64,000 bases of DNA from Setoptus koraiensis (lineage: Eukaryota; Animalia; Arthropoda), in contig CM106585.1 of assembly GCA_048013815.1 (NCBI GenBank), forward strand, positions 16,306,001 to 16,370,000, given 5' to 3'. The notes under the pieces are model-generated. The model saw nothing but the letters and a program-made list of their open reading frames with translations. It ran no database searches and was not told the origin of the DNA. The position numbers and the translations under genes were made by a program. Below are positions 24,296-34,279 of this stretch, piece after piece (position 1 is the first letter of the stretch; each line of letters begins with the position of its first letter).

Positions 24296-25438
24296 ATGAG
24301 TTCCGCCGAGATAAAGACCTCACTAGCCTTGAATGCACTCTTTAAAAAATTCCAAATAGTTATAGAAGCCGCCGACATTAAACGTATGTCTTATGAGACA
24401 TTTGAACAGATTTTTTATCACTTATTTCTGCTCTACGATTCTAGTAGTTTACAAAAAAAATTTAAACATTGTTATCCAGCTCGAAATTCCGATCAAAGGA
24501 GATCGTTTGCTCAAATGACAATAGAATGTCTTCATCAGATAAATTTGCCAAATATCAAAATTATACCTGGCCATATACATGCTTTCGGGGGACCACATTT
24601 TCACAAGATACTTTCAGCTTTGATTGGTGGCACCTTGAAAGTACAGACATCCAAATTAAGAGCTCACTTAGGCTTGACTAACAATGTTCCAATCCCAGAT
24701 TGTGATAGTTTGATGAAAGAATATGAAAGGAGTCAAGAGTTATTGTCACAAAAAATTGAAGAATATAACAAAGTAGCCACTCAGTTGAAAGAGCATCACA
24801 AAAGTTTGCACAACAAAATTGACTGCGCGAGAGATCACTGGAAGGATGTGTGTCACGAATTGCAAGGTCATGAGCTACCCGTAACCAGAGCAAGTGGTAC
24901 GCTGTTGTATAAGTCACTTGATATAAGAATGAAAGACAGTGCCAAAATGAGAACAGAAAGTATGCAGAGAATTGATTTATTAAGGAAAACAATAAGTGAG
25001 ATAGAAACAGACCAATACCAATCACTCGCTCTTAGCGAAAAAAGCGAACCATTAGATACATCCACATGTACCCATACATACAGAAAGATAAGAAATAATC
25101 TGCGATTCTCTCTCGAAGGTTCGCCAGCCCGAACGAGGTCAACTGTTATCGAAATTAATGCCAGACTGACCAGTCTAGAGGACCAGACGGAAAGTCTACT
25201 CAATAAACTCGATGGCGAGCTTATATCGCTTGAAGAGGATCTACTAATGAGGCCGGAAATCGTTACTAGACTAAAATACTTTGAAAATAACATACCCAAC
25301 GTAATTCTACCAGCAATTCTACCGCGACAAGTCAGTATCCAGCTCAGTTTCGAAGAAGTTAAAGGGATATTAGATCAACACAAAGGGCCAGATAGCGACG
25401 ATGAGGACATCGACGAAGTGTTGAAAAAATTCTGCTAA
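24296..25438 (+). CDS. HAUS6: Augmin subunit HAUS6/Dgt6-like (N-terminal domain plus coiled coil), intronless
   Basis: IFYHLF...CYPARNSDQRRSF...GGPHFHKIL resembles the HAUS6 N-terminal motifs (W/YP..D..Q..FR; PGGPKF). AATAAA at 25478-25483. Confidence 0.7.
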   Translation: MSSAEIKTSLALNALFKKFQIVIEAADIKRMSYETFEQIFYHLFLLYDSSSLQKKFKHCYPARNSDQRRSFAQMTIECLHQINLPNIKIIPGHIHAFGGPHFHKILSALIGGTLKVQTSKLRAHLGLTNNVPIPDCDSLMKEYERSQELLSQKIEEYNKVATQLKEHHKSLHNKIDCARDHWKDVCHELQGHELPVTRASGTLLYKSLDIRMKDSAKMRTESMQRIDLLRKTISEIETDQYQSLALSEKSEPLDTSTCTHTYRKIRNNLRFSLEGSPARTRSTVIEINARLTSLEDQTESLLNKLDGELISLEEDLLMRPEIVTRLKYFENNIPNVILPAILPRQVSIQLSFEEVKGILDQHKGPDSDDEDIDEVLKKFC

Positions 25439-25500
25439 AAATTGATAGCCCGATTTAATATGGAACATATTCTAAGTAATAAAAATGTCAAGTTTTGTCA

Positions 25501-25690
25501 ATGGTCAATTTAAATAGGGCCACTGTGGCTAGCGGAAAAATTACCAAATTGTTTACAATCACTCCAATGGTGCCTGACAGTAGGTAGACATACAGAGAGT
25601 CTAGTTCTTGTTGCATGATGTCGTTGGATTTATACGGTGACTCAACAATCATGCATCCTCGTACGGCAGTTATAATGAGTGTATAAAGCG
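25501..25690 (-). pseudogene. 190-bp duplicated internal fragment of the PIGV coding region
   Basis: Direct alignment to 23397-23586, same orientation, 4 mismatches in 190 nt by eye. Lies 18 nt past the MSH6 stop. Confidence 0.95.
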
Positions 25691-25708
25691 ATATAAATAG
25701 TCTAACCA

Positions 25709-28700
25709 CTATGATAATGACTCAAGGACTTTCGCGCAGATCGTATCCTCATTCAATCGGTCTGACAACGCTAATTTCTGTATGCGCTTGAAAATGTCGA
25801 ACTCGAATTCTGCTTGTTTTGCTTTCTTGTAAGCATGCTTCACTAAATCACTGTCTAAACCAGCTAATCTAGCAACATTGAAGCCATAACTTTTTGGGCA
25901 ACTTCCGCTAGAGAGTTTATACAAGAAAGTGATGTTCTCCAGTGACATCTCATTTGAGTCGTTTTCATCATCTTCCACTTTACAGGCCATATGTGCCATC
26001 TTGACTGACATGCTGTGTTCGAATTCCTCCACTAATGAATGATAATGCGTAGAAAACAGACAGCGGCATCGTATATTGTTGCTAATCTCTGAGAGTACAG
26101 CAAAAGCAATAGCAGTTCCATCGTAAGTAGCCGTACCCCTGCCCAGCTCATCCAAAAGAACTAAAGAATTCCCTGTGGCGTGTGTTAACATATCAGACGT
26201 CTCTATAAGCTCTGTGTAGAAAGTGCTCTCGCCCTCTAGCAATTGATCCGACGCACCCAAACGTGAGAATACTCTATCAACAGGTGTAAGTTCCAGCGAG
26301 GAGGCAGTCACAAAGCATCCCATTTGAGCTAGTATTACTAGTAAACCAGTTTGACGCATCAGAGTAGATTTTCCTCCCATGTTAGCACCAGTCAAGAGAA
26401 TAAGTTTGTCATCTAGTTCCATATCGTTTGCAGTGAACAATGAATCCCGTTTTATTAGAGCTGGATGCCTACCATCACTTTATTTAATGAGAGATCTTTC
26501 CAATTTCGATCTATTCAATATCTTGGGTCGACAAATATCCACGTTTGAAGCTTGCATTGATCTAGTGAATTGAGCAAAGCTCACTAGAACATCTAATACG
26601 GCTAAGCATTGAGTTTTATCCGACCAATCTTTGTGCTTCTTACAGAACTTACCGAAGAGATTCTTCATTATATTGTTGAGAGCTTGATTTCTTGCAGCCT
26701 CAGCTTTGGTCATCTGTTCTGAGAGACGCTTGATAGCTGATGTATAGTAACGTTTGAAACCTTTGCGCGAAGTTTCCAACTCATAGTCATTTGATAATTT
26801 GTGACAGTAACTTTCAGGTATCTGTAGTTGGAATCGATTCTTACCGCTTCCAAAATATTCTATCTTATCACATTTCAACTGCTTCCTCTGAGCCTTAAGG
26901 TAATCATCGAATTGATCTTGAACCGCATCGATTTGCTGTATGGCTTGGTCGTAGTCTGGATCTACGCCACGTTCAGGTATGATCTTTCCACTTTCTTTTG
27001 CTTTGCGATGATCAAAGGCCCTGTCGAAGAAGTTGAGCGTTTCACTACAGTCAGGCATAGATCCACCTAAATGTTTAAATGTTAACAGTTTCTTCAAAAC
27101 ACTTGAAGTGTTGCTCGACATGTTCCGTGAAACATCTATGATGAAATTGTTGATCTTGCGGAAATTATTGAGTAGTTCAAGGAAAGATTTTATCTTGGCT
27201 TTGCTATAAATGTCACTGTCAAACATGACAGCTCTTGCCTCATTACCGCTAGACACACTCTCACTTTTGATTTTACTCAGCAAACGCTCCAGATCAGGTG
27301 TCTGTTTGAGCAACTCAACAATTAAATTGAGTAAACTAGCATTTTCTTGAGCCATCAGAGCCTCAACTGCATCCAGACGAGCATTGATTTGTTCAATATC
27401 ACATATAGGTGAACTCATCCATTCTTTGAGTAATCTTTTACCAAAATGAGTCGAGCATCTATCAACCGCCTCAAAGAGAGTAGCTGAGCGACCCCCAACA
27501 CTATTTTCGAATACTTCAAGGTTTCGCAAAGCCACATGGTCGAGTATCATCAATTTAGGTGTTATATCACTGTCGTTGATATCGGATTTCTTCCCTTCAC
27601 CCAGAGTGCTTCCCAGGGGTGGCACATAAGTTTCCATCAAGGAGCTACCCAAAACTTGTTTTGCGATCATGTGTGAATCAAGGTAGTAAACACAGGCGCC
27701 AAAGCTTTTGATTGCCATGCGAAATTCCTCCTTAGGTTCAGCTCGCTCTAGTGAGTCCGAATCATCGGCTTGAAACATGTCTTGCAAAAACTTGGGATAT
27801 TCAAACGAATCGGATTCATTATGGAAGATTTCTTGGTCACGTAAGTATCTCATGGTAGTCGTTTGGTCCCAAAATTCACTACCAGACTTTAGATGGACGA
27901 TGCGTGCTGCAGACTTAGTGAGGACTTTCTCCGTTATACTGGTCAACTTGTTGCGCTCCAATAATATCTCAACAGGTGTACGGTGCGCCAACAGAAGATG
28001 AAGATTTGAGCGAGTGCGGTCATCCTCAAACTGGCCAAAGTGCATTTTGCCGATGGTTACGTCGATGAAACATACACCTATAGTGACGTCTCGTTCACTG
28101 CTTCGATTTTTGGGGCACTCAGCTATAGCAAGCAAGTATTGATTGTTGGCAGTGTGAAATATTGACTGCATCACGCCTAACATTTGTGTTCCTTTTGTGG
28201 TAACTCGACAAATTTCTCTATTGACGACCTTGTCGAACTTGCTTTTTAGTCCCGTTCTCTGACAACGTTCATCAGCCATCTCAGGTGTCTCTGTCTGTTC
28301 TATTCTGATTACTTTGTATCCTTTCTTTATTAGTAGATTGGAATATTTCTCGTATGAGATCTCGGGGAAGCCAGCATGAGCTGGTTTGTCATCCTCTGAC
28401 TTCATATAGATAATATCTAATTCGTTTACAGCAACCACGGCATCTTGATTAAAGAACTCATAAAATTTGCCCATCTTGAAAAACAGAATAGCATCCATGT
28501 TTCTTTGCTTGATAAGCCACCATTGCCTAAGAGCAGGCGTTTGCTTCATTAAGAATTCGTTCGGCACATAAAGTGTTTTAGGGTCATAATCGGGATGATC
28601 CTTCTTTCTTCTTTCGATATCGCGAATATTGTCATCTTTGAGAAAATCGTATTTTGTGTGAGGAAAATCATCTTCCACCCGCTCATCTATGGCATTAGAA

Positions 28701-29197
28701 CCTCCATTAAAGTTAATGCTCTTACTTGCTGGACTATCAAAATGTAGCTTATTTGGGTGACTTCTGAATTTCGGTGTCGAAGTTGGAGTGTTACCGTCTT
28801 TGTATTTAGCGGCCGAGGTGAAGTACGTTTGCTGAGGAGTGAATGGAGTACCTGAATCGTTGGCCTTGAATTTGTTTATTCTGTCTTGGAGCGGCGTACA
28901 CGGACTGGCAGAATGAAGCTTATTTTTGGGGTCCGATTCCTTCTTATCGGCTACAGGTTCTTGCTCCTCTGAGTCACTATCTGATTCTAATATTCGCTTG
29001 CGGCGTGGCGTTCTAATGTGCAAAACTGGCTCATCTTCGTCTTCTTCGTCTGATCTCTTGCCATTACGAGCAGGTGGAGGCAGTTTATCTGGAACTTGAC
29101 ATTGTCTCTTCGTGCTCGATAGACATGTGACCTCATCGTCTTCGGCCGAGCGTTTTTTCGCCGGCGTAAAGAAGGCAGTAATTTTCACTTGTGACAT
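25709..29197 (-). CDS. MSH6: DNA mismatch repair protein MSH6; one continuous frame (1162 codons) interrupted by an in-frame TAA at 26480-26482
   Basis: PIP box QVKITAFF; DYDPKTLYVP; FFKMGKFYE mismatch-binding motif; then LIK*SDGRHP, Walker A GANMGGKST, DELGRGT, FSTHYH, CPKSYGFNVARLAG. Track ORFs 26480-29197 and 25709-26440 are in the same frame, separated by 13 sense codons. Confidence 0.93.
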
Positions 29198-29350
29198 TCA
29201 GGTGCTCTGATGAGTGAATCAACAAATTAGAAATAAATGGTCAATTAGGGTAGAATTATTAATGATGCGACTGATAAACAAGCTAAAATAGGTATGAACA
29301 AAGCTTGCACAACGATACGCATGACACACTGTTGGTACCTATTATGGTGA

Positions 29351-29359
29351 GCGCCAAAA
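29351..29359 (-). promoter_or_regulatory. E2F-like site (TTTTGGCGC) upstream of MSH6
   Basis: Plus strand GCGCCAAAA, ~155 nt upstream of the MSH6 ATG in the divergent MSH6/MRPS5 spacer. E2F control of repair genes is established, but this single motif is untested. Confidence 0.35.
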
Positions 29360-29831
29360 AGACAACGTTGACGCCAGCTACAGTTGATGCACTTCAACAC
29401 ATGTTATGTTACTATTGTTGTTGTTGTTGCTGATTGTTCGCATCATTTATCCGCGCTCAATCTTCACTGTATGTTCTAGAGTGGTGTAGATATTTTATTG
29501 AATCGGGGTCAAGCAACTCAAAATAGCTTAGCATTTAATCAGTCAATCATTTAATAAATTGTACAACTCGGGTAGAGAAAATTCGGCCAAATGTTGTTTT
29601 TTATCAACTCGAATCGCAATGCAGTGCAGTCTGCAGTTTGGACGATAATCGTTCGACGATTTTTTTATTTTTTGAATCTCCCGCAGATGCGACAATAGGC
29701 ACATGTTTGCTCGCGAACAATCCATAGATGCAATTCATCACGAATCTTTGTTGTTGTTATTATTATCATTGAATGGAGCCTCAATCTCGGGCCTGAAGTG
29801 ACCATTATCGATTAGACAGAGCAGGTCAACC

Positions 29832-31088
29832 ATGGGTGGAACTAGTTTCTTCAACAGATTTAGTGCTCAGAGATTATGGAAGGGTGTCACCGGAGTTTCA
29901 AGTGCCGGCAAAAGGAAGGGTCGCGGCAAAGGATCCGACAGAAAAGTTGTTATAGACTTCAATAAGGGACAACGGATAGGAGAGGGACAACGAAGAATTA
30001 AAATTCCCTATCTTAACACGCCAGCCAATCCCAGAACTATTGCCAAACCAGAAATACTTGGAGAGGACACAGAGTTCAAAGATAAATTGTTGAAAGTTCA
30101 CGAGAGGATGACTGGCTTCCGCAGACGCCGTATCCATCCAATGGACAGAGGCTGGTCAGGAAACAGAACGCCGGGAACAAAAATCGGCCCCCCAGATGAC
30201 GTAGGTGGTGTTCCGTTCACTGACTTTGAAACGATTGTTCTTCAAGCGCGTCCTTTACTCAGAATGACAGGAGCGACTGGCAGGGCGAAAAGTGTTGGAG
30301 CCTTAGTAGTGACGGGGAACGGAAACGGACTGGCAGGTTTTGCCTCAGGAAAGGGCTACGATATGAGACGTGCAATTGCAAATGCCAGAAATCGTGCAGG
30401 TCAAGCACTATTACGATTTAATTTGTACAACAATCAAACAGTTATGCACGATTTCTTTTCTCGTTACTATGATACAACAGTGTTTGTGGAGCGCAAACCT
30501 GAAGGCTATGGTGTTCACGCGCATAGAGTTATCAGAGCCATTTGTGATGTTGTAGGAATCAGGGATTTGCATGCCAAAATTGAAGGAGGCCACACGGCAA
30601 AAAGAAATGTCCTCAACATTACAAAAGCCTTCTTTTTGGGTCTAGTGAACCAGCGAACATACCAAGAGATGGCGGATGAGAAAGGTTTACACCTTGTTGA
30701 GCTCAGAGAAGAAACATTTAACTTCCCGAGAGTTTTGGCGTCACCCAGCTCGATGGCCGTCAGAACTGAGCCAAGTGTCAGGGACGAACACAGTTTAGAT
30801 TTCACATATTATATTTACAATGGAAAAATTAGGCAAGTAAAGGCTCCAATTAAGAACCCGTTCCTAGGTACACCGAGCTGGCAGAAACATTTAGACTATC
30901 AAGACTATGTAAAGAATAGAGAGACAAGTAAATTGGAATTTGCTGCAAGATATGAAGATAAGAGTGTGTTTGAGGTTTTTCCACATTTCAAGTCAACGGC
31001 TTTCAAGAACGAGGGAACAGCAAACAAAAGTGATGATGATTCTAATGAGGCGTCCGAGCAGCCAGAATCAACAGCCGAATCTAGATGA
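29832..31088 (+). CDS. MRPS5: Mitochondrial ribosomal protein S5 (uS5m), intronless
   Basis: SFF...SAQRLWKGVTGVSSAGKRKGRGK; HPMDRGWSG; S5 domain ALVVTGNGNGLAGFASGK; AICDVVGIRDLHAKIEG. Confidence 0.95.
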   Translation: MGGTSFFNRFSAQRLWKGVTGVSSAGKRKGRGKGSDRKVVIDFNKGQRIGEGQRRIKIPYLNTPANPRTIAKPEILGEDTEFKDKLLKVHERMTGFRRRRIHPMDRGWSGNRTPGTKIGPPDDVGGVPFTDFETIVLQARPLLRMTGATGRAKSVGALVVTGNGNGLAGFASGKGYDMRRAIANARNRAGQALLRFNLYNNQTVMHDFFSRYYDTTVFVERKPEGYGVHAHRVIRAICDVVGIRDLHAKIEGGHTAKRNVLNITKAFFLGLVNQRTYQEMADEKGLHLVELREETFNFPRVLASPSSMAVRTEPSVRDEHSLDFTYYIYNGKIRQVKAPIKNPFLGTPSWQKHLDYQDYVKNRETSKLEFAARYEDKSVFEVFPHFKSTAFKNEGTANKSDDDSNEASEQPESTAESR

Positions 31089-31882
31089 TGATCAATTATG
31101 TAAAGTAGTATAGTTGCCAATTAATAAAAAGTTAGCTAGTGTAGTCAACAAACAATGGTTCGTTCTACAGTGGTCAGCAAGAATGGGGGAGAGGATGAGC
31201 CCCATTTCTGGGACTACAGTTGCGCTATATCATCTGTGCGTCGTGATTTTTTCCCCCGATGTTTGTCAGTCGAATGCATTGGAAAAAGCACGTTTTCAGG
31301 GACGTTGTTGTTGCGCTTGCGCGTCAACAAACAAAAAGCCGTTGGTTGGTGCATGAAAGGCGTTACTCGTTGACACAATAATTTCGAGAAATTTGTTGGC
31401 TTCTCTAGCCGCAAGGCGCCGCTGTCAGCCATTGCAAAGGGCGCGGTAGCTCGATCCTTGTGGACTATTCATCATCTGCACGAGATTACATTCACGAACG
31501 AACCGCCATTTTGCTATATTTTCGTAATACAAGAGGCCACCTAGCGGATAAACGAAGCAAAAAATTCGTTCGTAAAGTTTGTGCCATCAAGCACATCAAG
31601 TTTTCATTGTTGTACCGATAAACCAGTTGGATCATTATCGTACTGAAACACCAATCCAATCAGGGTATACCGATTGTCACCAGAATATTGCTGCACCAAC
31701 TTAAATTGAATTTACACTTCGACCAATGACCCTTGACCAATTAACTTTTTTCGGTCGACAGGAATCATGATTGGTTATTGATAACATCCATACCGTTAGT
31801 CACTCCGCGCTTTGAACTGGACATTGAAATTCCATAAGAGAAATAACAGATTCATTATAGGAAACATTTCTTTACATTGGTG

Positions 31883-31888
31883 TCAGTT
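31883..31888 (+). promoter_or_regulatory. Initiator-like element (TCAGTT) ~50 nt upstream of the ATG at 31937
   Basis: Matches the arthropod Inr consensus TCAGTY and is positioned to start the spliced transcript described next. Confidence 0.4.
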
Positions 31889-31936
31889 CTCGAGAAAGTT
31901 ATAAACAAAAACCGATCACACAATATCGACATCCCG

Positions 31937-32704
31937 ATGGTAAGTTAATGAAGCGCATTAGTACTTTGTATTTTGTATAATTGATGTTAAACGCGTGCTG
32001 ATGGCGCCTTCTTTGAAACTTGAATTCGCACAAAAACTTTGTGAGGGGAGTATTTGTTTGATATCACTATTTATCTATATATAGATATACATATAACTAT
32101 ATATTCTGTGTCGTTTCATCATTGCATCTTTTCTTAGGATCTCAGCTTGACGTTTGCTTTAGCACTTTTACTACTACCAGTGGCATTTATACAGATTACG
32201 GATGGTGGTAGAGGCCAGACGAAGCTTAGTCAGATTGAAAAGGCGAGAGTCTTGTATAACTACGCTAGATTGGGTGAAAATTATTGTGACCTTAAAGGCC
32301 ACTACAATCACAAAGAGAGCACTGGCGCTATCAACTTTACCTGTCCATCCCATCAGTCTGTGAAGGCTTGGAAACAGAGCTTCTTGAAGTATGGGGATCT
32401 GAAAGACCGACGAGGGGGCACTAGAAATGCCAGAACTAAGATATCACCCGAATTGATTGCAGAAGTGAGAAGGCTCACCAACAATGGTACTATCCCGACA
32501 AGTGCTCGTCTCGTCGCTAAGTCTCCTTCGGTTAATGTGAGCGCTAAAACCGTCAGAAAAATAATGAAGGATCATCTCAAGTTGAGAGTCTACGTTCAGC
32601 CGCGAAGGCAACCAGTTTCATCTAGTGCACAACAACTTCCCGGCCGTCCTCGCGTCCGCGTTGCCCATTGTGAATTCCGGCCCAGAAATAGAGAAAATGT
32701 GTAA
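31937..32704 (+). CDS. Predicted spliced gene: signal-peptide-like leader fused to a Tc1/mariner-type HTH DNA-binding region (exons 31937-31939 and 32138-32704; 189 aa; no DDE/D domain)
   Basis: ATG|GTAAGT donor at 31940 and TTTTCTTAG|GAT acceptor at 32137 join in frame to give MDLSLTFALALLLLPVAFIQITDG-GRG... The downstream sequence PSHQSVKAWKQSFLKYGDLKD...ELIAEVRRL...TSARLVAK..VNVSAKTVRKIMKDHLKLRVY follows the paired-type HTH pattern of IS630-Tc1-mariner transposases. Confidence 0.65.
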
Positions 32705-32841
32705 CAAATTAGCCATGTACTCAGACCCAATCACACGAAGTTCCTCTCTATGCATGATATCCATGACGATTGCTCAATGATTGCTCCATGACGAACCGAA
32801 AAGCGCTTAAAAACAAATTTCCAAGGAGGGAAATCCTCAGC

Positions 32842-33338
32842 GTGTCACCGAGCTTTCAAATACCAGCTAAAAGAAGGGTCGCGGCATAGGATCCGACAGC
32901 AAAGTTGCGAAAGACTTCAATAAGGGACAACGGATACGAGAGGGAAAACGAAGAATTAAAATTCCCTATCTCAACAGGCCTGCTAATCCCAGAACTATTG
33001 CCAAGCCAGAAATACTCGGAGAGGATAAAGGTTTACACCTTGCTGAGCTCAGAGAAGAAACATTTAACTTTCCGAGAGTTTTGGCTTCACCCAGCTCGAC
33101 GATGGCCGTCAGAACCGAGCCAAGTGTCAGGGACGAACACAGTTTGAATTTCACACATAATATTTACAATGGAAAAATTAGGCAAGTGAAGGCTCCAAGG
33201 TGAAACCCGTTCCTAGGTACACCGAGCTGGCAGAAACGTTTAGACTATCAAGAATATGTATAGAAAAGAGAGACTAAATAAAAATGGAATTCGCTGCCAG
33301 ATATGATGATAAGAGCGTGTTTGAGGTTTTTCCACATT
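32842..33338 (+). pseudogene. Internally deleted MRPS5 pseudogene copy (5' part ~29884-30067 fused to 3' part ~30681-30989)
   Basis: About 90% identity by eye to both parent segments. In-frame junction EILGED|KGLH. Stops TAA, TGA and TAG plus a frameshift near 33275. Confidence 0.95.
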
Positions 33339-33723
33339 ACTGTTCGTTTTTTATTTTCTCACCAATGCTCTTCCGTATAAACTTTAGATGATGCCTTTTG
33401 GATTCTTTGAGACAACCACGAATGGTGCCAGAAAGGTGCAATATGTCGATGGCACAGGGATGTTGATTCATACTATTAACTAGAGGAATCGCCGCCATGA
33501 CAATACTGTGAACCCCTTTCCTTGTTGCAATAATTCCATGTCCGCTATTTTGATCGAATCTTTTCACTGAGAATGCTCTAAGTAAACAGGCTACGCCGAA
33601 ATCTCCGTACAATTGCTCCACTACATCTCGGATACTGTTACAAATGGAGCCCGGCGAAGTGCTTGCGGTTTCAGAAAGAAAACGTACACTTACGAGAACG
33701 TATCTTCGCTTAACTCTTACCAT
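33337..33723 (-). CDS. POP5: RNase P/MRP subunit POP5, intronless
   Basis: MVRVKRRYVLV...VEQLYGDFG...ILHLSGTIRGC, 128 aa. Confidence 0.92.
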   Translation of the reverse strand: MVRVKRRYVLVSVRFLSETASTSPGSICNSIRDVVEQLYGDFGVACLLRAFSVKRFDQNSGHGIIATRKGVHSIVMAAIPLVNSMNQHPCAIDILHLSGTIRGCLKESKRHHLKFIRKSIGEKIKNEQ

Positions 33724-34279
33724 AATATCTAGGTGGTGATCGTTTATTTACATGTTATTGGCGTAATATTGTCGATATGTAAGAGACACGTGCTAGCGGT
33801 TTATAATTTAAATAAAGATTCAATGTAAACAACATGCTTTCAAGTTTTCAGAAAATTCCACAAGGGGCGGCTGTCTGTAGCTTTTTCATGCAGCTCCACT
33901 ACTCGCGGTCATGCGTAATGAACCCACTCCAACCAATCAGATGAGTGTAATCTCGGAAATAATCAAACGGAAACCTCTTTGTATATCAATCACTTATATT
34001 ATCCTAAACAATCATGTTCACTCCAACTAGGATTGACTTGGAGCTCAAAGAAATTGAAGAGCTCGCCAGCGCCAACAATAAGGCCTCCAGCCTGGCAAAA
34101 GATAACAATAATGGTCAAGGATCATCATCGCCGACGTCGATTGACCCTAACATGGACGCAGTTTCGTCACAACAACAAAATATTCTCTGATAGAAATGCA
34201 CATTGAACATTACATGTGACAAAAATAATAAATTTTCTTCGATTATGACTCTTTAGTAAGAAAATTGCGCTTTTATTAT

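Noticed and set aside
25488-25709. 73-aa ORF in the track
   Set aside because: It is a chimeric reading through the duplicated PIGV fragment, not an independent gene.
26478-26545. A small intron that could skip the MSH6 stop
   Set aside because: The only GT..AG candidate would delete the conserved CRP segment and has a poor donor; a point lesion is more parsimonious.
31500-32840. Intact Tc1/mariner element with TIRs
   Set aside because: No terminal inverted repeats, TA duplication or DDE/D domain could be identified.
32842-33338. Apparent excess of synonymous differences in the MRPS5 copy, hinting at past function
   Set aside because: A rough count over the whole copy (about 15 synonymous to 22 non-synonymous) is what a neutral copy versus a constrained parent would give.
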